Assembly (NCBI GenBank): GCA_018675685.1
Contig: JABGXP010000002.1
Span: 14,367 to 78,366, forward strand
Length of the DNA stretch: 64,000 nucleotides
Direction: 5' to 3'
DNA from: a bacterium
Lineage (GTDB): Bacteria; Patescibacteriota; Minisyncoccia; Moranbacterales; DUUL01
Positions 1 through 9,874 of the stretch are shown here, piece by piece. The stretch's first letter is position 1, and the number at the start of each line of letters is the position of its first letter. The position numbers and the translations under genes were made by a program. Below the pieces are notes generated by a model. The model was not told where the DNA came from, did no database searches, and was given only the letters and a program-made list of their open reading frames with translations.

Positions 1-2093
1 GCGAGCCAAGAGATTGACTCCATCCCAAATGCTAAATTCCCCGATGATCCACTAGTAAATCTATCAACTAAGAAGTCTGAATCTCCAGTGATCACAAACC
101 TAGAGGAGTTATCCTTGGAGACTGAAACGGCTAGCAGTTTAACTCCAAGGTTAGAAGAGTTGAACTCTTGGTCAATCCTGATGTCAAATTGTCCGCTCTG
201 AGTGCTACCAGATTCAGTTGTTGTGATAAGTTCTTTGATCTCGATGGAATTTTCATCTGCGGTGGTCTTGTCGATTGAAATTGAACTAACCCAAGGCATG
301 ACCAGACTCTGCACTTTCTTGGTAATCAGGAGATTTTCTTGTGTTGAGACTGTGCGTGCCCAGAAAGGATAACGGATACGCACTGGGAATGGGCCACCAC
401 CAGCTTGAACAATCTCGTTTGAATGTAGGTCATACACAAGATCCTTTTTGACTTCAACTGCTAATTCTTTTTTAACAAAGTCCGCCAAGGTTGTCGGAAT
501 TTCTCTCGCCACACCAACCTCGGGGGAGGCCATGATGTTGTCAATCATGAAAAATACATTACCACCTTCATCAATAAATCTTTTCAATTCAGTTCTTTCT
601 TGAGCTGAAACCTCTTCGCTTGTACCAGCAACTACCAAGACATCAACCTCTGCAGGAATTTTAATCGTCCGTGGTGTTTCGATAGCTGATTCATCAGTAT
701 TTTTTGGAGTAATTTTCGTTAAAGAAGCTTCCTCTTGAAGACTTTCTGGATTTATTGTCGTAACCTTGAACTGTTTTGAAAGTTCTCTTTTGAGAATTTG
801 TAAATCTTCCGTAAGGCTTTTCTCTCCATGACCAGATAAGAAGGCTACAGTTTTTTTATTTTCACTTGTCAGTTTCACAATAAAACTTGTTAATTGGTAT
901 TCCAAATCACTAGTGTCCTGAATGAAAGGTAGTGATTCATGTTCACCACCATAAGCAACAGCTAACCCTAGATATCCATAATTCAATTGCCTTTCTTCTG
1001 CCCTGATAACATCAAAAGGAATCTTTTCAACTCCAAGAGAGGAGGCTTCTTTGGCAGCTTTATCATTTCCAGATGGGTATTTGATTTCCAGCTTAATATT
1101 CCCCTTTCCTAGTGTCTTATAGTCCTTTAAGACGTCTTTTATTTCCCGTAGAGTTGGTTGAAGTGGGGAGGGGAGCTTATTTGATGTGAAAAAAGTGATC
1201 TCCACTAGATCATCTAAGCTATTCAAAGTTTCTTTTGTTGTTTCACTTAAGGTGTATACCTTCTCTTCTGTCAGATCAACTCTTCCTGGGATCCTAGCCC
1301 CAATAATATTTGTCATTAGAATTATTCCAACGAGCAGGAATGTTCCAAGCTGGAAGTTTCGATAAACCTTCTTTTGATTTCCAAACTTTGCCTTCAAAAG
1401 TAATAAATGCGCAATTACAAGAAAGGCAATGGCGATGGAAATAAAATACCAAACGTCTCGCAGATCTAAAACACCTCTCGACATTGACTCAAAATGTGTT
1501 AGTACAGAGAATTGTTCGAAAAAAGGAATTAACATTGAAGGAATGCGTGATGTTACCAGCTCAAGTCCAGCTATGATAATGAAAAAACCAGAAACAGCAG
1601 TTACTAAAAGAGCTGAAACTTGACTCTTAAAGAGACTTGAGATTAAAATCCCTAAAGCAGAAAGTGTTGATGCTAAAAAAACACTTGCAATATATTGTCC
1701 CCAGAAAACACCCCAATCTAAATTTCCAACTGAATTTAACCACATCGCGATCGGTAGAGAGAAGAGCATTGCAATCATTAGAAAGATTACACTTGCAAGA
1801 AATTTTCCAATAATAAACTCACTTTCTCTTAGGGGGCGTGACAAGAGAAGCTCAAGGGTGCCCTCTGCCTTTTCCTGAGCGACAGTCCCCATTGTGAGAG
1901 CTGGAATAATGAGTAAGAAGACCCAAGGCAAAAGCATAAATAAGTTACTTAAGGAGGCGACGCCTACCTGGAAAACACTTTTAAAAAAGAGGAACTCCCA
2001 AAGTAGTAAAAACGAGACAAGTGCGATATAGGCGGTTGGGTTGTTGAAATAACTACCTAGCTCTTTTTTAATTATTGTAATTATATTTTTCAT
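1..2093 (-). CDS. ABC-2 type permease fused to GldG-like extracytoplasmic domain (GldF-GldG-like fusion); 3' end runs off the window
   Basis: Translated by hand from ATG at 2093: MKNIITIIKKELGSYFNNPTAY...EKAEGTLELLLSRP (GldF-like permease) continues in frame into RVDLTEEKVYTLS...VAFLSGHGEK (GldG-like). Directly downstream of an ABC ATPase. Confidence 0.85.
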   Translation of the reverse strand, partial: MKNIITIIKKELGSYFNNPTAYIALVSFLLLWEFLFFKSVFQVGVASLSNLFMLLPWVFLLIIPALTMGTVAQEKAEGTLELLLSRPLRESEFIIGKFLASVIFLMIAMLFSLPIAMWLNSVGNLDWGVFWGQYIASVFLASTLSALGILISSLFKSQVSALLVTAVSGFFIIIAGLELVTSRIPSMLIPFFEQFSVLTHFESMSRGVLDLRDVWYFISIAIAFLVIAHLLLLKAKFGNQKKVYRNFQLGTFLLVGIILMTNIIGARIPGRVDLTEEKVYTLSETTKETLNSLDDLVEITFFTSNKLPSPLQPTLREIKDVLKDYKTLGKGNIKLEIKYPSGNDKAAKEASSLGVEKIPFDVIRAEERQLNYGYLGLAVAYGGEHESLPFIQDTSDLEYQLTSFIVKLTSENKKTVAFLSGHGEKSLTEDLQILKRELSKQFKVTTINPESLQEEASLTKITPKNTDESAIETPRTIKIPAEVDVLVVAGTSEEVSAQERTELKRFIDEGGNVFFMIDNIMASPEVGVAREIPTTLADFVKKELAVEVKKDLVYDLHSNEIVQAGGGPFPVRIRYPFWARTVSTQENLLITKKVQSLVMPWVSSISIDKTTADENSIEIKELITTTESGSTQSGQFDIRIDQEFNSSNLGVKLLAVSVSKDNSSRFVITGDSDFLVDRFTSGSSGNLAFGMESISWL

Positions 2094-2137
2094 ATCTTTC
2101 AGTGTTTCTTTTTAGTTAGTATTTTATTCAATTTCAA

Positions 2138-3067
2138 TTAGAGTATTTTTGTTAAGTCTTGGAAGATATCCTCAAGGTTTTGTTCTTTTTCAACTAACTT
2201 CCAGATAATCCAGTTATTTTTATTGGCAATTTTGGAAATTTCAGGCTGAATCCTGGTCGCTTTTTCAGTGGTGATTGAAAGTTTTGTGATTTTATCTTCA
2301 ATATGAATATCTTTGAAATCCTTGATAGCAGAAATTTTTTCGAGTTCTTTTCTGATTCCTTTTCCTTCAATTTCAAGTGTCAAAGAGCGTTCATTTTTTG
2401 CTGATAAGGATAATTCCTCAGTTGTTCCATTGGCTACAAGCTTTCCTTTATTAATAATCAACATCCTGTCACAAATAGCAGAAGCTTCCTGCATAATGTG
2501 GGTGCTAATGATAATAGTATGATCTTTCGCTAGTTTTTTAATTAGAGCACGTATTTCTTTCCTCTGATTCGGATCTAACCCTTCAGTTGGTTCATCCATG
2601 ATAATTATCTCTGGATTATGAATAAGTGCAGCAGCGATACCCACTCTTTGTTTGAAACCCTTTGAAAGTTCACCAATGGGTCGATAGAAAACATCTTTAA
2701 TATTAACAGCATTAACAACGAAATCCAAAGCTTCTTTACGTTTCTCCTTTTTAATACCGTTTAAATCAGCTGTTAGCCTAAGAAACTCCATAACCAGCAT
2801 ATCTTTATATAAAGGGTTGCTTTCAGGTAGGTACCCGATCTTTTTTTGAATTTCCATTGTGTTTTCCTCAATATCTTTTCCGTCAACAGTAATTTTTCCA
2901 GAATCCGCAGATGTAAATCCTGTCAGCATTCGCATTGTTGTTGTTTTACCAGCACCATTAGGACCCAAAAAACCTACAATTTCGCCCTTTTTAATCTCAA
3001 ATGAAAGATCTTCAACGGCCTTCACAAAACCGAAAGATTTGGAAATTTTCTCGACTTTTATCATCAC
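2138..3067 (-). CDS. ABC transporter ATP-binding protein (GldA-like); start may be ATG at 3064
   Basis: Walker A GPNGAGKTT, signature LSKGFKQRVG, Walker B IIIMDEPT. Confidence 0.93.
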   Translation of the reverse strand: MMIKVEKISKSFGFVKAVEDLSFEIKKGEIVGFLGPNGAGKTTTMRMLTGFTSADSGKITVDGKDIEENTMEIQKKIGYLPESNPLYKDMLVMEFLRLTADLNGIKKEKRKEALDFVVNAVNIKDVFYRPIGELSKGFKQRVGIAAALIHNPEIIIMDEPTEGLDPNQRKEIRALIKKLAKDHTIIISTHIMQEASAICDRMLIINKGKLVANGTTEELSLSAKNERSLTLEIEGKGIRKELEKISAIKDFKDIHIEDKITKLSITTEKATRIQPEISKIANKNNWIIWKLVEKEQNLEDIFQDLTKIL

Positions 3068-3092
3068 AAATTTGTTATTTTTTAGTGTGTGT

Positions 3093-3137
3093 ATTATTTC
3101 AGTTTCTTAGTATACTAAGAAACTGAAATAATGGCAA
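3093..3137 (-). promoter_or_regulatory. sigma70-type promoter of the ABC operon embedded in a perfect 40-bp palindrome
   Basis: Minus strand TTGCCA (3137-3132), 17 bp spacer, TATACT (3114-3109); palindrome 3093-3132. Confidence 0.6.
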
Positions 3138-3305
3138 ATACCTTAAATATTAGTGAAAAGTCTGGTTCAACTTCTCATTTTTTCTTATAAATGTTATACT
3201 TCCAGCGATAACAAAGTTAGTTTGTAGAAATAATTTGTCTGTCCATAACCTTTATTATTCATAAGAAACAAAAAAAGGTTAAACTAATAAGCTAAAAATA
3301 AAAAC

Positions 3306-4298
3306 ATGAGAAAATTGTTAGAAAGACTAAAAGAAGGAGGGCTTCCAAAGTTATTTAAAGCTCTTGGAATTATTGTAGTATTATTAATTCTTTTTGAGAT
3401 ATATAGTTCGGTTGTACTAGATAAGAACTCTGTCGACCTTGGAGTAAAAAAAGTAAAACAAAACATCGCACTGAATTCTGTAAGGGAGATGTCAGCACCA
3501 ACAGAATTGGCTATGTCAGAGAGTTTTGCAAGCGATGAGGTTGATTCTGCTGGATTTGTAGCGGATAAAGAGCCCCTTGGATCCTCAGGTTCAATACAAA
3601 ACTCAGTACCAGAGAAAAGGGTTATTAAAAATGGTTTCTTAACTTTGAAAGTCGAACAAACTAATAGTGCAGTTGAAAAAATCACAGAAATTGTTTCAGT
3701 GAATAAAGGCGAAATCTTTTCAAGTAATTTCAATGAATATCGTCGTGGCTCTAAAACTGGAACAATCTCTGTGAAGATTCCAGTCGATAACTTTCAGAAA
3801 ACTATAGTAGAATTAAAAACCGTTGCAACTCAAGTTGTCAGTGAGTCAACCTCTGGGCGGGACGTCACAGAACGCTATGTTGATTTGCAAGCGCAATTGA
3901 AAAACAAGAAGGCTGAAGAACAGACATTTGTTAGTCTTTTGGATCGCTCAGGAAAACTTGATGATGTGCTCAGCGTTTCAAGAGAAATTGCTCGTGTGAG
4001 AGGTGACATTGAGAGATTAGAGGGTAAGATTAAATATCTTGAGTCACAGACTGATATGTCAACAATAACGATTAATATTAGTGAAGATATAGAAATTACT
4101 CCTATAAGTGACGACTGGAGACCAGTGCAGGTTATGAAAAAAGCCTTTAATGACCTTAAGAAGCAATCGCAAGATACTGTGGATGCAATAATTCATTTTA
4201 TTATTGTTACTATTCCTTCATTTATTCCTTTTATACTCTTTGTTACAATAGTGTATTGGATTGGTAGGAAACTTTACCAAATCTTTTTAAGGAAGTAA
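3306..4298 (+). CDS. DUF4349-like membrane protein
   Basis: N-terminal TM, KRVIKNGFLTL, DVTERYVDLQAQL coiled coil, IERLEGKIKYL, C-terminal TM. Confidence 0.8.
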   Translation: MRKLLERLKEGGLPKLFKALGIIVVLLILFEIYSSVVLDKNSVDLGVKKVKQNIALNSVREMSAPTELAMSESFASDEVDSAGFVADKEPLGSSGSIQNSVPEKRVIKNGFLTLKVEQTNSAVEKITEIVSVNKGEIFSSNFNEYRRGSKTGTISVKIPVDNFQKTIVELKTVATQVVSESTSGRDVTERYVDLQAQLKNKKAEEQTFVSLLDRSGKLDDVLSVSREIARVRGDIERLEGKIKYLESQTDMSTITINISEDIEITPISDDWRPVQVMKKAFNDLKKQSQDTVDAIIHFIIVTIPSFIPFILFVTIVYWIGRKLYQIFLRK

Positions 4299-4307
4299 TT
4301 TTAACTA

Positions 4308-4339
4308 GAAAACGCCCCTTGAGTTCAGGGGGCGTTTTT
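4308..4339 (+). terminator. intrinsic terminator
   Basis: aaaacgcccctt-gagttc-agggggcgttttt hairpin just after the stop codon. Confidence 0.75.
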
Positions 4340-4460
4340 GTTTCCCTAAAGTTTTTGTGTTATAATAAAAAGTACTAAAATAGTCAGCGCTTTTTTGATT
4401 GAATTTAAAATAGCAGAACTATTGTTTTAGCGAAAATAAAATAAAAATAGTAAAAATAAA

Positions 4461-5027
4461 ATGGAAACACTAGGAACGACAACCGAAGCATTCAATTTCG
4501 CTAAACAAGCATTAACCTTTCTAATTCCATTTGCAACAGCCTTTATTCTATTCTTTACCCTTCTGGAGTCCAAGGCCCAAAAAGAATTAATCAGAAAACA
4601 ACAGACATATTCAGAGCTTCCTCTTCTGCGCTTACAATGGTCTGATAAAGATGTAAATGATATTTTTTTAATATTAAAAAAGGATAAGCCAGAAAAGTTC
4701 TATTCCTATACAGATTTAAAGATGATCAACGTTGGAAATGGTCTAGCTCGTGACGTTAAAATTGGAACCTTTAAGATTGGAAAAGAGAAACACAAACTTA
4801 AGAGCGTTGATATCCTTGCTAGCAATGACTCTGTCCAGCTTAGGTATGGCACTAACTTAAAGCAAAAAGGTGTCTTGGATGATGAAAATTATAAGCATAA
4901 ATTTGTAGTTCCTGTTAAGTATAAGGATGTTGAGGGTTCGAGTTGGAGTGTAAAATTTGAACTTAACGTTGATTACAACGATGGTTTTAGAGTAATTGGT
5001 CCGAAAAGATTGGATATTATTGTATAA
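4461..5027 (+). CDS. hypothetical membrane-anchored protein
   Basis: 188-aa ORF, single N-terminal TM helix, beta-rich remainder. Confidence 0.7.
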   Translation: METLGTTTEAFNFAKQALTFLIPFATAFILFFTLLESKAQKELIRKQQTYSELPLLRLQWSDKDVNDIFLILKKDKPEKFYSYTDLKMINVGNGLARDVKIGTFKIGKEKHKLKSVDILASNDSVQLRYGTNLKQKGVLDDENYKHKFVVPVKYKDVEGSSWSVKFELNVDYNDGFRVIGPKRLDIIV

Positions 5028-5055
5028 TTTTTGTATTAAAAATAAATAAAAAACA

Positions 5056-5622
5056 ATGAAAAAAAAGAATCTTCGAGATGAAGCGTATTACAAATCGCTA
5101 TCGATGTTCTTGATTGGGACAATCGGACTTTTGCTCATGACATATATCGCCTTTGGACTAGTGATGACTACAATAAAGGCTTATAGATTGATGGACCTTC
5201 AGAAAAATGAAAAAACTATTCCATCTGAAGTAGGCACAGTCCGACGCTATCTCGATCCTTCTAAGGAAGCTGATTTAAAAGGAGAAAAAGTAGCTATCGA
5301 TGTTGTTGTAAAAGAGGTTTTTGGGGAGATAATTTCCCTAAATAACAATATTATGACAGTCGAGACTAATATTTATGGAGATGAAACAAAAAGTGTTAGA
5401 TTAAAACTTGATGAAGAGGGGGTTGGGAGAATTCTCAGGTACGAGGTCAGCGAGAAGGATAATGAGAATGAAGTTGAGTTAAGTTTGGATGATCTAAAGG
5501 AGGGAATGTATGTAGGAGTGAAGCTTCCAGTCGAAGTTTTATTGTCTGAAATTGAAAATGATCTGATTTATGTGGATGATATTATTGTGGACATTGAATA
5601 TGAAGAGGGGACAGAAGAATGA
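5056..5622 (+). CDS. hypothetical membrane-anchored protein, possible DUF5666/OB-fold-like domain
   Basis: N-terminal TM; pattern GEIISLNNNIMTV...LSLDDLKEGMYVGV. Confidence 0.6.
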   Translation: MKKKNLRDEAYYKSLSMFLIGTIGLLLMTYIAFGLVMTTIKAYRLMDLQKNEKTIPSEVGTVRRYLDPSKEADLKGEKVAIDVVVKEVFGEIISLNNNIMTVETNIYGDETKSVRLKLDEEGVGRILRYEVSEKDNENEVELSLDDLKEGMYVGVKLPVEVLLSEIENDLIYVDDIIVDIEYEEGTEE

Positions 5623-5644
5623 TCTTCTGTAAATTGTATGTTAC

Positions 5645-7138
5645 ATGTATAAAAAATATATGAAAAATAAAATTAAAAACAATCTTAAGAACGCTTGCCC
5701 CTCGTTGATCTTGTTGGTGTTTTCTTTTGCAATTTTTTCCAGTGCATCAGCTGCACCAGGTGATTGTGGGGGTAATTTTTCGGGTAGTTTTATTTATTCT
5801 GGTAAGCGAGCAAACTCGAGCGACCCATTTACAACAATTGTGCCAGCTGGGTATGACTTTAAAACACACCTTTTAATAACAGCTGAAGGAGAAGATGACC
5901 TTAAAGCAGGTGAGAATGTTGAAATTGTATTAGTGATGGACCGATCAGGTTCCATGGAGGACAAGGAGAGTGGTGTAAAAAAAATTGATGCAGCTAAGGA
6001 CTCTTTAAGTATTGTTGCTGATACCTTTATAACAAGCGCTGATTCAGAAAATCGCTTGGCGTTAGTGACATACAATGCGAACGTAACGCTCGATCAATCT
6101 TTAACTTCAAATTATAATAAAGTTAAGGATGCGATCAATAGTTTTCCTTCCGCAGGACAAACGAATATCAGTGGTGCCCTAATGACCGCATCTAATCATT
6201 TAAAAGCTAATGCTGATAATGATGCACAAAAATTTATTGTGATTGCAACAGATGGAAATCAAAATGTTGGAATGCCAATTAATTTTGGAATTAAAAGTGT
6301 AGGGAGTGACACAACTGTTTTTTCTGTTGGCATTGGAAAGGATGCAGATAGTACTACTTTAAAAAAGATAGCAGAGGAGTCAGGTAATAAAGAGGGTGCG
6401 TATTATGCTTCCAATGTAAGCGATTTAACAGCAATATTTACTGAGATTATTGAAGATATCCTAATTCCTTTTAGACCTAGCAATGTGCAAGCGACTTTTT
6501 ATAGAGAAAATGCCGATAAATTTAGCTTGATCTCTGCTGCTCCAAACTATTCAAGTGTTTCCAATGGCAATATATATTGGAATAATCTGGGATCAATGTT
6601 GAATGGTGTGAATAGAGAATTTGATTTGATTTATAATCAAGCTGGAGGTGTGGGGACTGGAATGCCTATCAATACAGGAGATGTTTTAGTTAACTATGAC
6701 TTATTCGGAGTAACTTGTTCAGAAATTGTTCCGATTGATATAATTACTATCGAAAATGAACTTCAATGTATTGGCGCAATCCCTAATAACGCGAATATGT
6801 GTCTGGGGGATGACACTGGTCTTAGTTCAGATTCTCCACGTAAGCTTGTAGAAGGGTGTTCAACTGTCGATAAATGTGAATATTTTTGTGATACAGATTT
6901 TGAATTGAAAAATGGAAAGTGTATAATTGAAGGAAAATGTGGCTCTGCGGAAACAGATATTTGGTGTCGTGATGCGCCAACAGTTGGTTGGTGTGGCACA
7001 GGCAGTGTTTTAATAGAGGGTCCTAATCCGACTGGGAATAGGTGGGTTTGGTCTTGTTCAGGTATGTTTGGTGGTCCGAGCACAACATGTCGCGCAGTTC
7101 GTGCTTGTGGGGAGGGATGGAGAGAGGTTGGTTTGTAA
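5645..7138 (+). CDS. secreted vWA-domain protein with Cys-rich C-terminus (putative pilus adhesin)
   Basis: Signal peptide ending ASA-A; MIDAS DRSGSM, TNISGAL, IATDG; Cys-rich tail ending GWREVGL. Confidence 0.85.
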   Translation: MYKKYMKNKIKNNLKNACPSLILLVFSFAIFSSASAAPGDCGGNFSGSFIYSGKRANSSDPFTTIVPAGYDFKTHLLITAEGEDDLKAGENVEIVLVMDRSGSMEDKESGVKKIDAAKDSLSIVADTFITSADSENRLALVTYNANVTLDQSLTSNYNKVKDAINSFPSAGQTNISGALMTASNHLKANADNDAQKFIVIATDGNQNVGMPINFGIKSVGSDTTVFSVGIGKDADSTTLKKIAEESGNKEGAYYASNVSDLTAIFTEIIEDILIPFRPSNVQATFYRENADKFSLISAAPNYSSVSNGNIYWNNLGSMLNGVNREFDLIYNQAGGVGTGMPINTGDVLVNYDLFGVTCSEIVPIDIITIENELQCIGAIPNNANMCLGDDTGLSSDSPRKLVEGCSTVDKCEYFCDTDFELKNGKCIIEGKCGSAETDIWCRDAPTVGWCGTGSVLIEGPNPTGNRWVWSCSGMFGGPSTTCRAVRACGEGWREVGL

Positions 7139-7157
7139 GCTTTTTATAAAGATTTGA

Positions 7158-7193
7158 TATAAAAACAGTCTTAAGTGATTAGACTGTTTTTAT
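7158..7193. terminator. intrinsic terminator
   Basis: tataaaaacagtct...agactgtttttata inverted repeat after the vWA gene. Confidence 0.65.
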
Positions 7194-7216
7194 ACTTTCA
7201 AGAACTTTTTCTTCTC

Positions 7217-7245
7217 TTGAGAAAATTACCTTTCTTGTGTATAAT
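7217..7245 (+). promoter_or_regulatory. sigma70-type promoter for the pilX-pilMNO operon
   Basis: TTGAGA, 17 bp spacer, TATAAT. Confidence 0.55.
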
Positions 7246-7296
7246 TAAGAAAGAGATAGAAGATCTGTAGCTACAAAACAAAACCCAGAAAAGGGG

Positions 7297-8763
7297 ATGA
7301 ATAAAAAAACAACAAATAAAAAAACTAGGCGCAATACATCAGGTGGTTTCATTGCGGCATATGCCTTGGTTACTGCAGCAGTTATCACAACATTGTTGAC
7401 GGGTCTTTTGGTTTTTGTCAGTGTTGCTCAGAGAAGAAGCTCTGATGAGATCTCTCGTCAACAAGCCCTGCAATTAGCAGAAAGTGGCGTTTATTTCTAT
7501 AAGTGGTATTTAGCACATAACTTAGATGGTAAGAATGCGCAACAAATTAGAGGTTTTTGGGATTCAGGAACTGCCTATGGATCAACAACTCCATATGAGG
7601 TAGAGGTTAATGATAATGCAGGTATTGCAATGGGTAAATATAGTTTAAGTGTTGCGATTCCAAGTGCTGACTCTACGATTGCAACTGTTGAGTCAACTGG
7701 TTGGACATATAAACATCCAGGAGTTAGAAGGTCTGTGAGAGTTAGGTTTCGAAGAGCTTCTTGGAGTGAATTTGCTGCGCTTGCTAATGATGCAATGCGC
7801 TTCGGTGGCGGAACCAATGTTCAGGGACCAATCCATTCAAATGGAGGCATTCGCTTTGATGGTGTCGCTAACAACCAAGTTTCTTCATCTGTAGTGACTT
7901 ATGTGGACCCCGATAATGGAGTGATACGGCCCGGGGTTTGGACTTCTCAAGGAGATGAGAGCGCAGTATTTTTGGCGGGCAAAAAATTCCCAGTTCCAGC
8001 TATTGATTTTAATGGAGTGACAACTGATTTGGCCTTAATCAAATCAGAAGCCACAGACCACGGTTTATATTTTGGTGGCGACACCTATGAAAAGAATGTT
8101 TGTGGTTGGCAATGGGTTGGTCCACCAATTTGGTGGCAATGGCAGTGCAACACGCAAGAAGAATCTATCGAAGGCTATCACATTACTTTGCGTGTTGATG
8201 ACAAGTTAGAAAAAAGATTGGTTTATACGAGTGGTAGTTCCACTTATAATATCACTAGTGAATCTGCAGCAGAAGTTTTTGATATTCCCGCGAATGGTTT
8301 AATTTTTATCGAAGACAATGCATGGGTTGATGGAACGATAGATACTGCTAGAGTGACTATAGCCTCTGCTAATTTAGCTTCTGATGTAATTGAAACTGAT
8401 ATATATATAAATAATGATATTAGGTACACTCATACCGATGGTCAAGAAGTTATTGGTTTAATCGCAGAGAATAATATCTCAGTTGGTCTCTACTCTGAGA
8501 ATTTTCTTCAAATTGATGCCGCTTTGTTAGCACAGAAAGGTCGCGTGGGAAGGAATTACTACGGTTTTTCTAATTACCGTTGGAGAAATACGATAACTGT
8601 ATATGGTTCAATTGCCACAAATCATAGGTATGGATTTGCATGGACTGATGGAACTGGGTATGCAACCAGAAACTTATTTTTCGACAACAACTTGCTTTAC
8701 ACACCACCTCCATTTTTCCCAACAGGTACTACTTACGAGCTGGATTTGTGGGAGGATTTATAA
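7297..8763 (+). CDS. large PilX/GspK-like minor pilin
   Basis: Basic leader then G|FIAAYALV hydrophobic helix without E5; QALQLAESGV PilX-N motif; GPIHSNGGI repeat-like region; ends LWEDL. Confidence 0.75.
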   Translation: MNKKTTNKKTRRNTSGGFIAAYALVTAAVITTLLTGLLVFVSVAQRRSSDEISRQQALQLAESGVYFYKWYLAHNLDGKNAQQIRGFWDSGTAYGSTTPYEVEVNDNAGIAMGKYSLSVAIPSADSTIATVESTGWTYKHPGVRRSVRVRFRRASWSEFAALANDAMRFGGGTNVQGPIHSNGGIRFDGVANNQVSSSVVTYVDPDNGVIRPGVWTSQGDESAVFLAGKKFPVPAIDFNGVTTDLALIKSEATDHGLYFGGDTYEKNVCGWQWVGPPIWWQWQCNTQEESIEGYHITLRVDDKLEKRLVYTSGSSTYNITSESAAEVFDIPANGLIFIEDNAWVDGTIDTARVTIASANLASDVIETDIYINNDIRYTHTDGQEVIGLIAENNISVGLYSENFLQIDAALLAQKGRVGRNYYGFSNYRWRNTITVYGSIATNHRYGFAWTDGTGYATRNLFFDNNLLYTPPPFFPTGTTYELDLWEDL

Positions 8764-8782
8764 ACCGAAACTGAAATAAAAG

Positions 8783-9874
8783 ATGCTAAGCAATTCATTC
8801 AAAAGATATTTTTCATATTTTTCAAAGCCACAGATATTCGCTGTGGATATTAACAATAGTGATTTAAAGATTTTTCAAATAGAACGCAAGAACGACAAGG
8901 ATATTATTCGTGGTTGGAGTAGAAAAATTTTACCTCCCGGGGTAGTTGTTGATTTTGAAATTCAAGAGACTGATAAATTTGTTGCAATCTTAAGAGAAGC
9001 TCTGGGTGAAGTCTCAGGGAAAAAAATCAGAGGTAAGTCAGTTGTTGTTTCTGTGCCAGAGGATAAGGTTTTTTTGAGAGTTATTAAGTTACCCTTAATG
9101 AAAGAGATTGAAGTAGACGAGGCTATTCATTGGGAGTTAGAGTCTCATATCCCAATTTCTGTCGATGAAGTTTATTTTGATTGGCAAATTGTAAAAAGGG
9201 GAGCCAAGGACATGGATATTTTAGTGGCTGCAACACCGAGGAAAATTGTTGACAATCTAATTTTTTCATTCGAAATGGCTGGTTTGACAGTTAGCGCTTT
9301 AGAGGCTGATTCAGTGGCATCCAAAAGAAGTATTTTAGCAGTTGATGACAATGAGGTTACAATGGTTGTTGACATAGGGATTGACGGTACTGCTTATTTT
9401 ATTTACAGAGATGGGTATCCTGTCTTCTCTTCCAGCAGTTCAATTTCGGGGAAATTATTTACAGATGTTGTTTCAAAGGAATTTGGTATCGACCTAAAAA
9501 AAGCAGAGCACTATAAAACAAAAATCGGCCTAGGATCTAATAAGAAAGAAAGAGATGAAGCGCTGAAGATTTACAAACCAATCCTTTCAAACTTAATTCA
9601 GGAAATAAACAAAACAATAACCTTCTATGATGAGAATTTGGCTATTGATGACAAAAGAGTTGAAAAAGTTGTTTTAGTAGGAGGAGGCTCAAATCTAAAA
9701 GGGCTTGTTTCATATGTAGCACTATATCTCAAGAAAGATGTTGCTCAGGGTGATCCGTGGAAAAATTTGCGATTTAAAAAACAAATTCCACCAATTTCAA
9801 AAGAAAAAGCACAAAGTTATATAACTGCGATTGGTTTAGCCTTAAGAGGATGCAAAGATGAATATTTCGATTAA
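8783..9874 (+). CDS. pilM: type IV pilus assembly protein PilM (copy 1)
   Basis: Actin-like fold motifs AVDINNSDLK, IPISVDEVYFDW, VVDIG, VVLVGGGS, AIGLALRG. Confidence 0.9.
   Translation: MLSNSFKRYFSYFSKPQIFAVDINNSDLKIFQIERKNDKDIIRGWSRKILPPGVVVDFEIQETDKFVAILREALGEVSGKKIRGKSVVVSVPEDKVFLRVIKLPLMKEIEVDEAIHWELESHIPISVDEVYFDWQIVKRGAKDMDILVAATPRKIVDNLIFSFEMAGLTVSALEADSVASKRSILAVDDNEVTMVVDIGIDGTAYFIYRDGYPVFSSSSSISGKLFTDVVSKEFGIDLKKAEHYKTKIGLGSNKKERDEALKIYKPILSNLIQEINKTITFYDENLAIDDKRVEKVVLVGGGSNLKGLVSYVALYLKKDVAQGDPWKNLRFKKQIPPISKEKAQSYITAIGLALRGCKDEYFD

Noticed and set aside
3093-3132. Protelomerase (hairpin telomere) target site
   Set aside because: No telomere resolvase gene is nearby and the context is ordinary chromosome; kept only as a promoter-associated palindrome.
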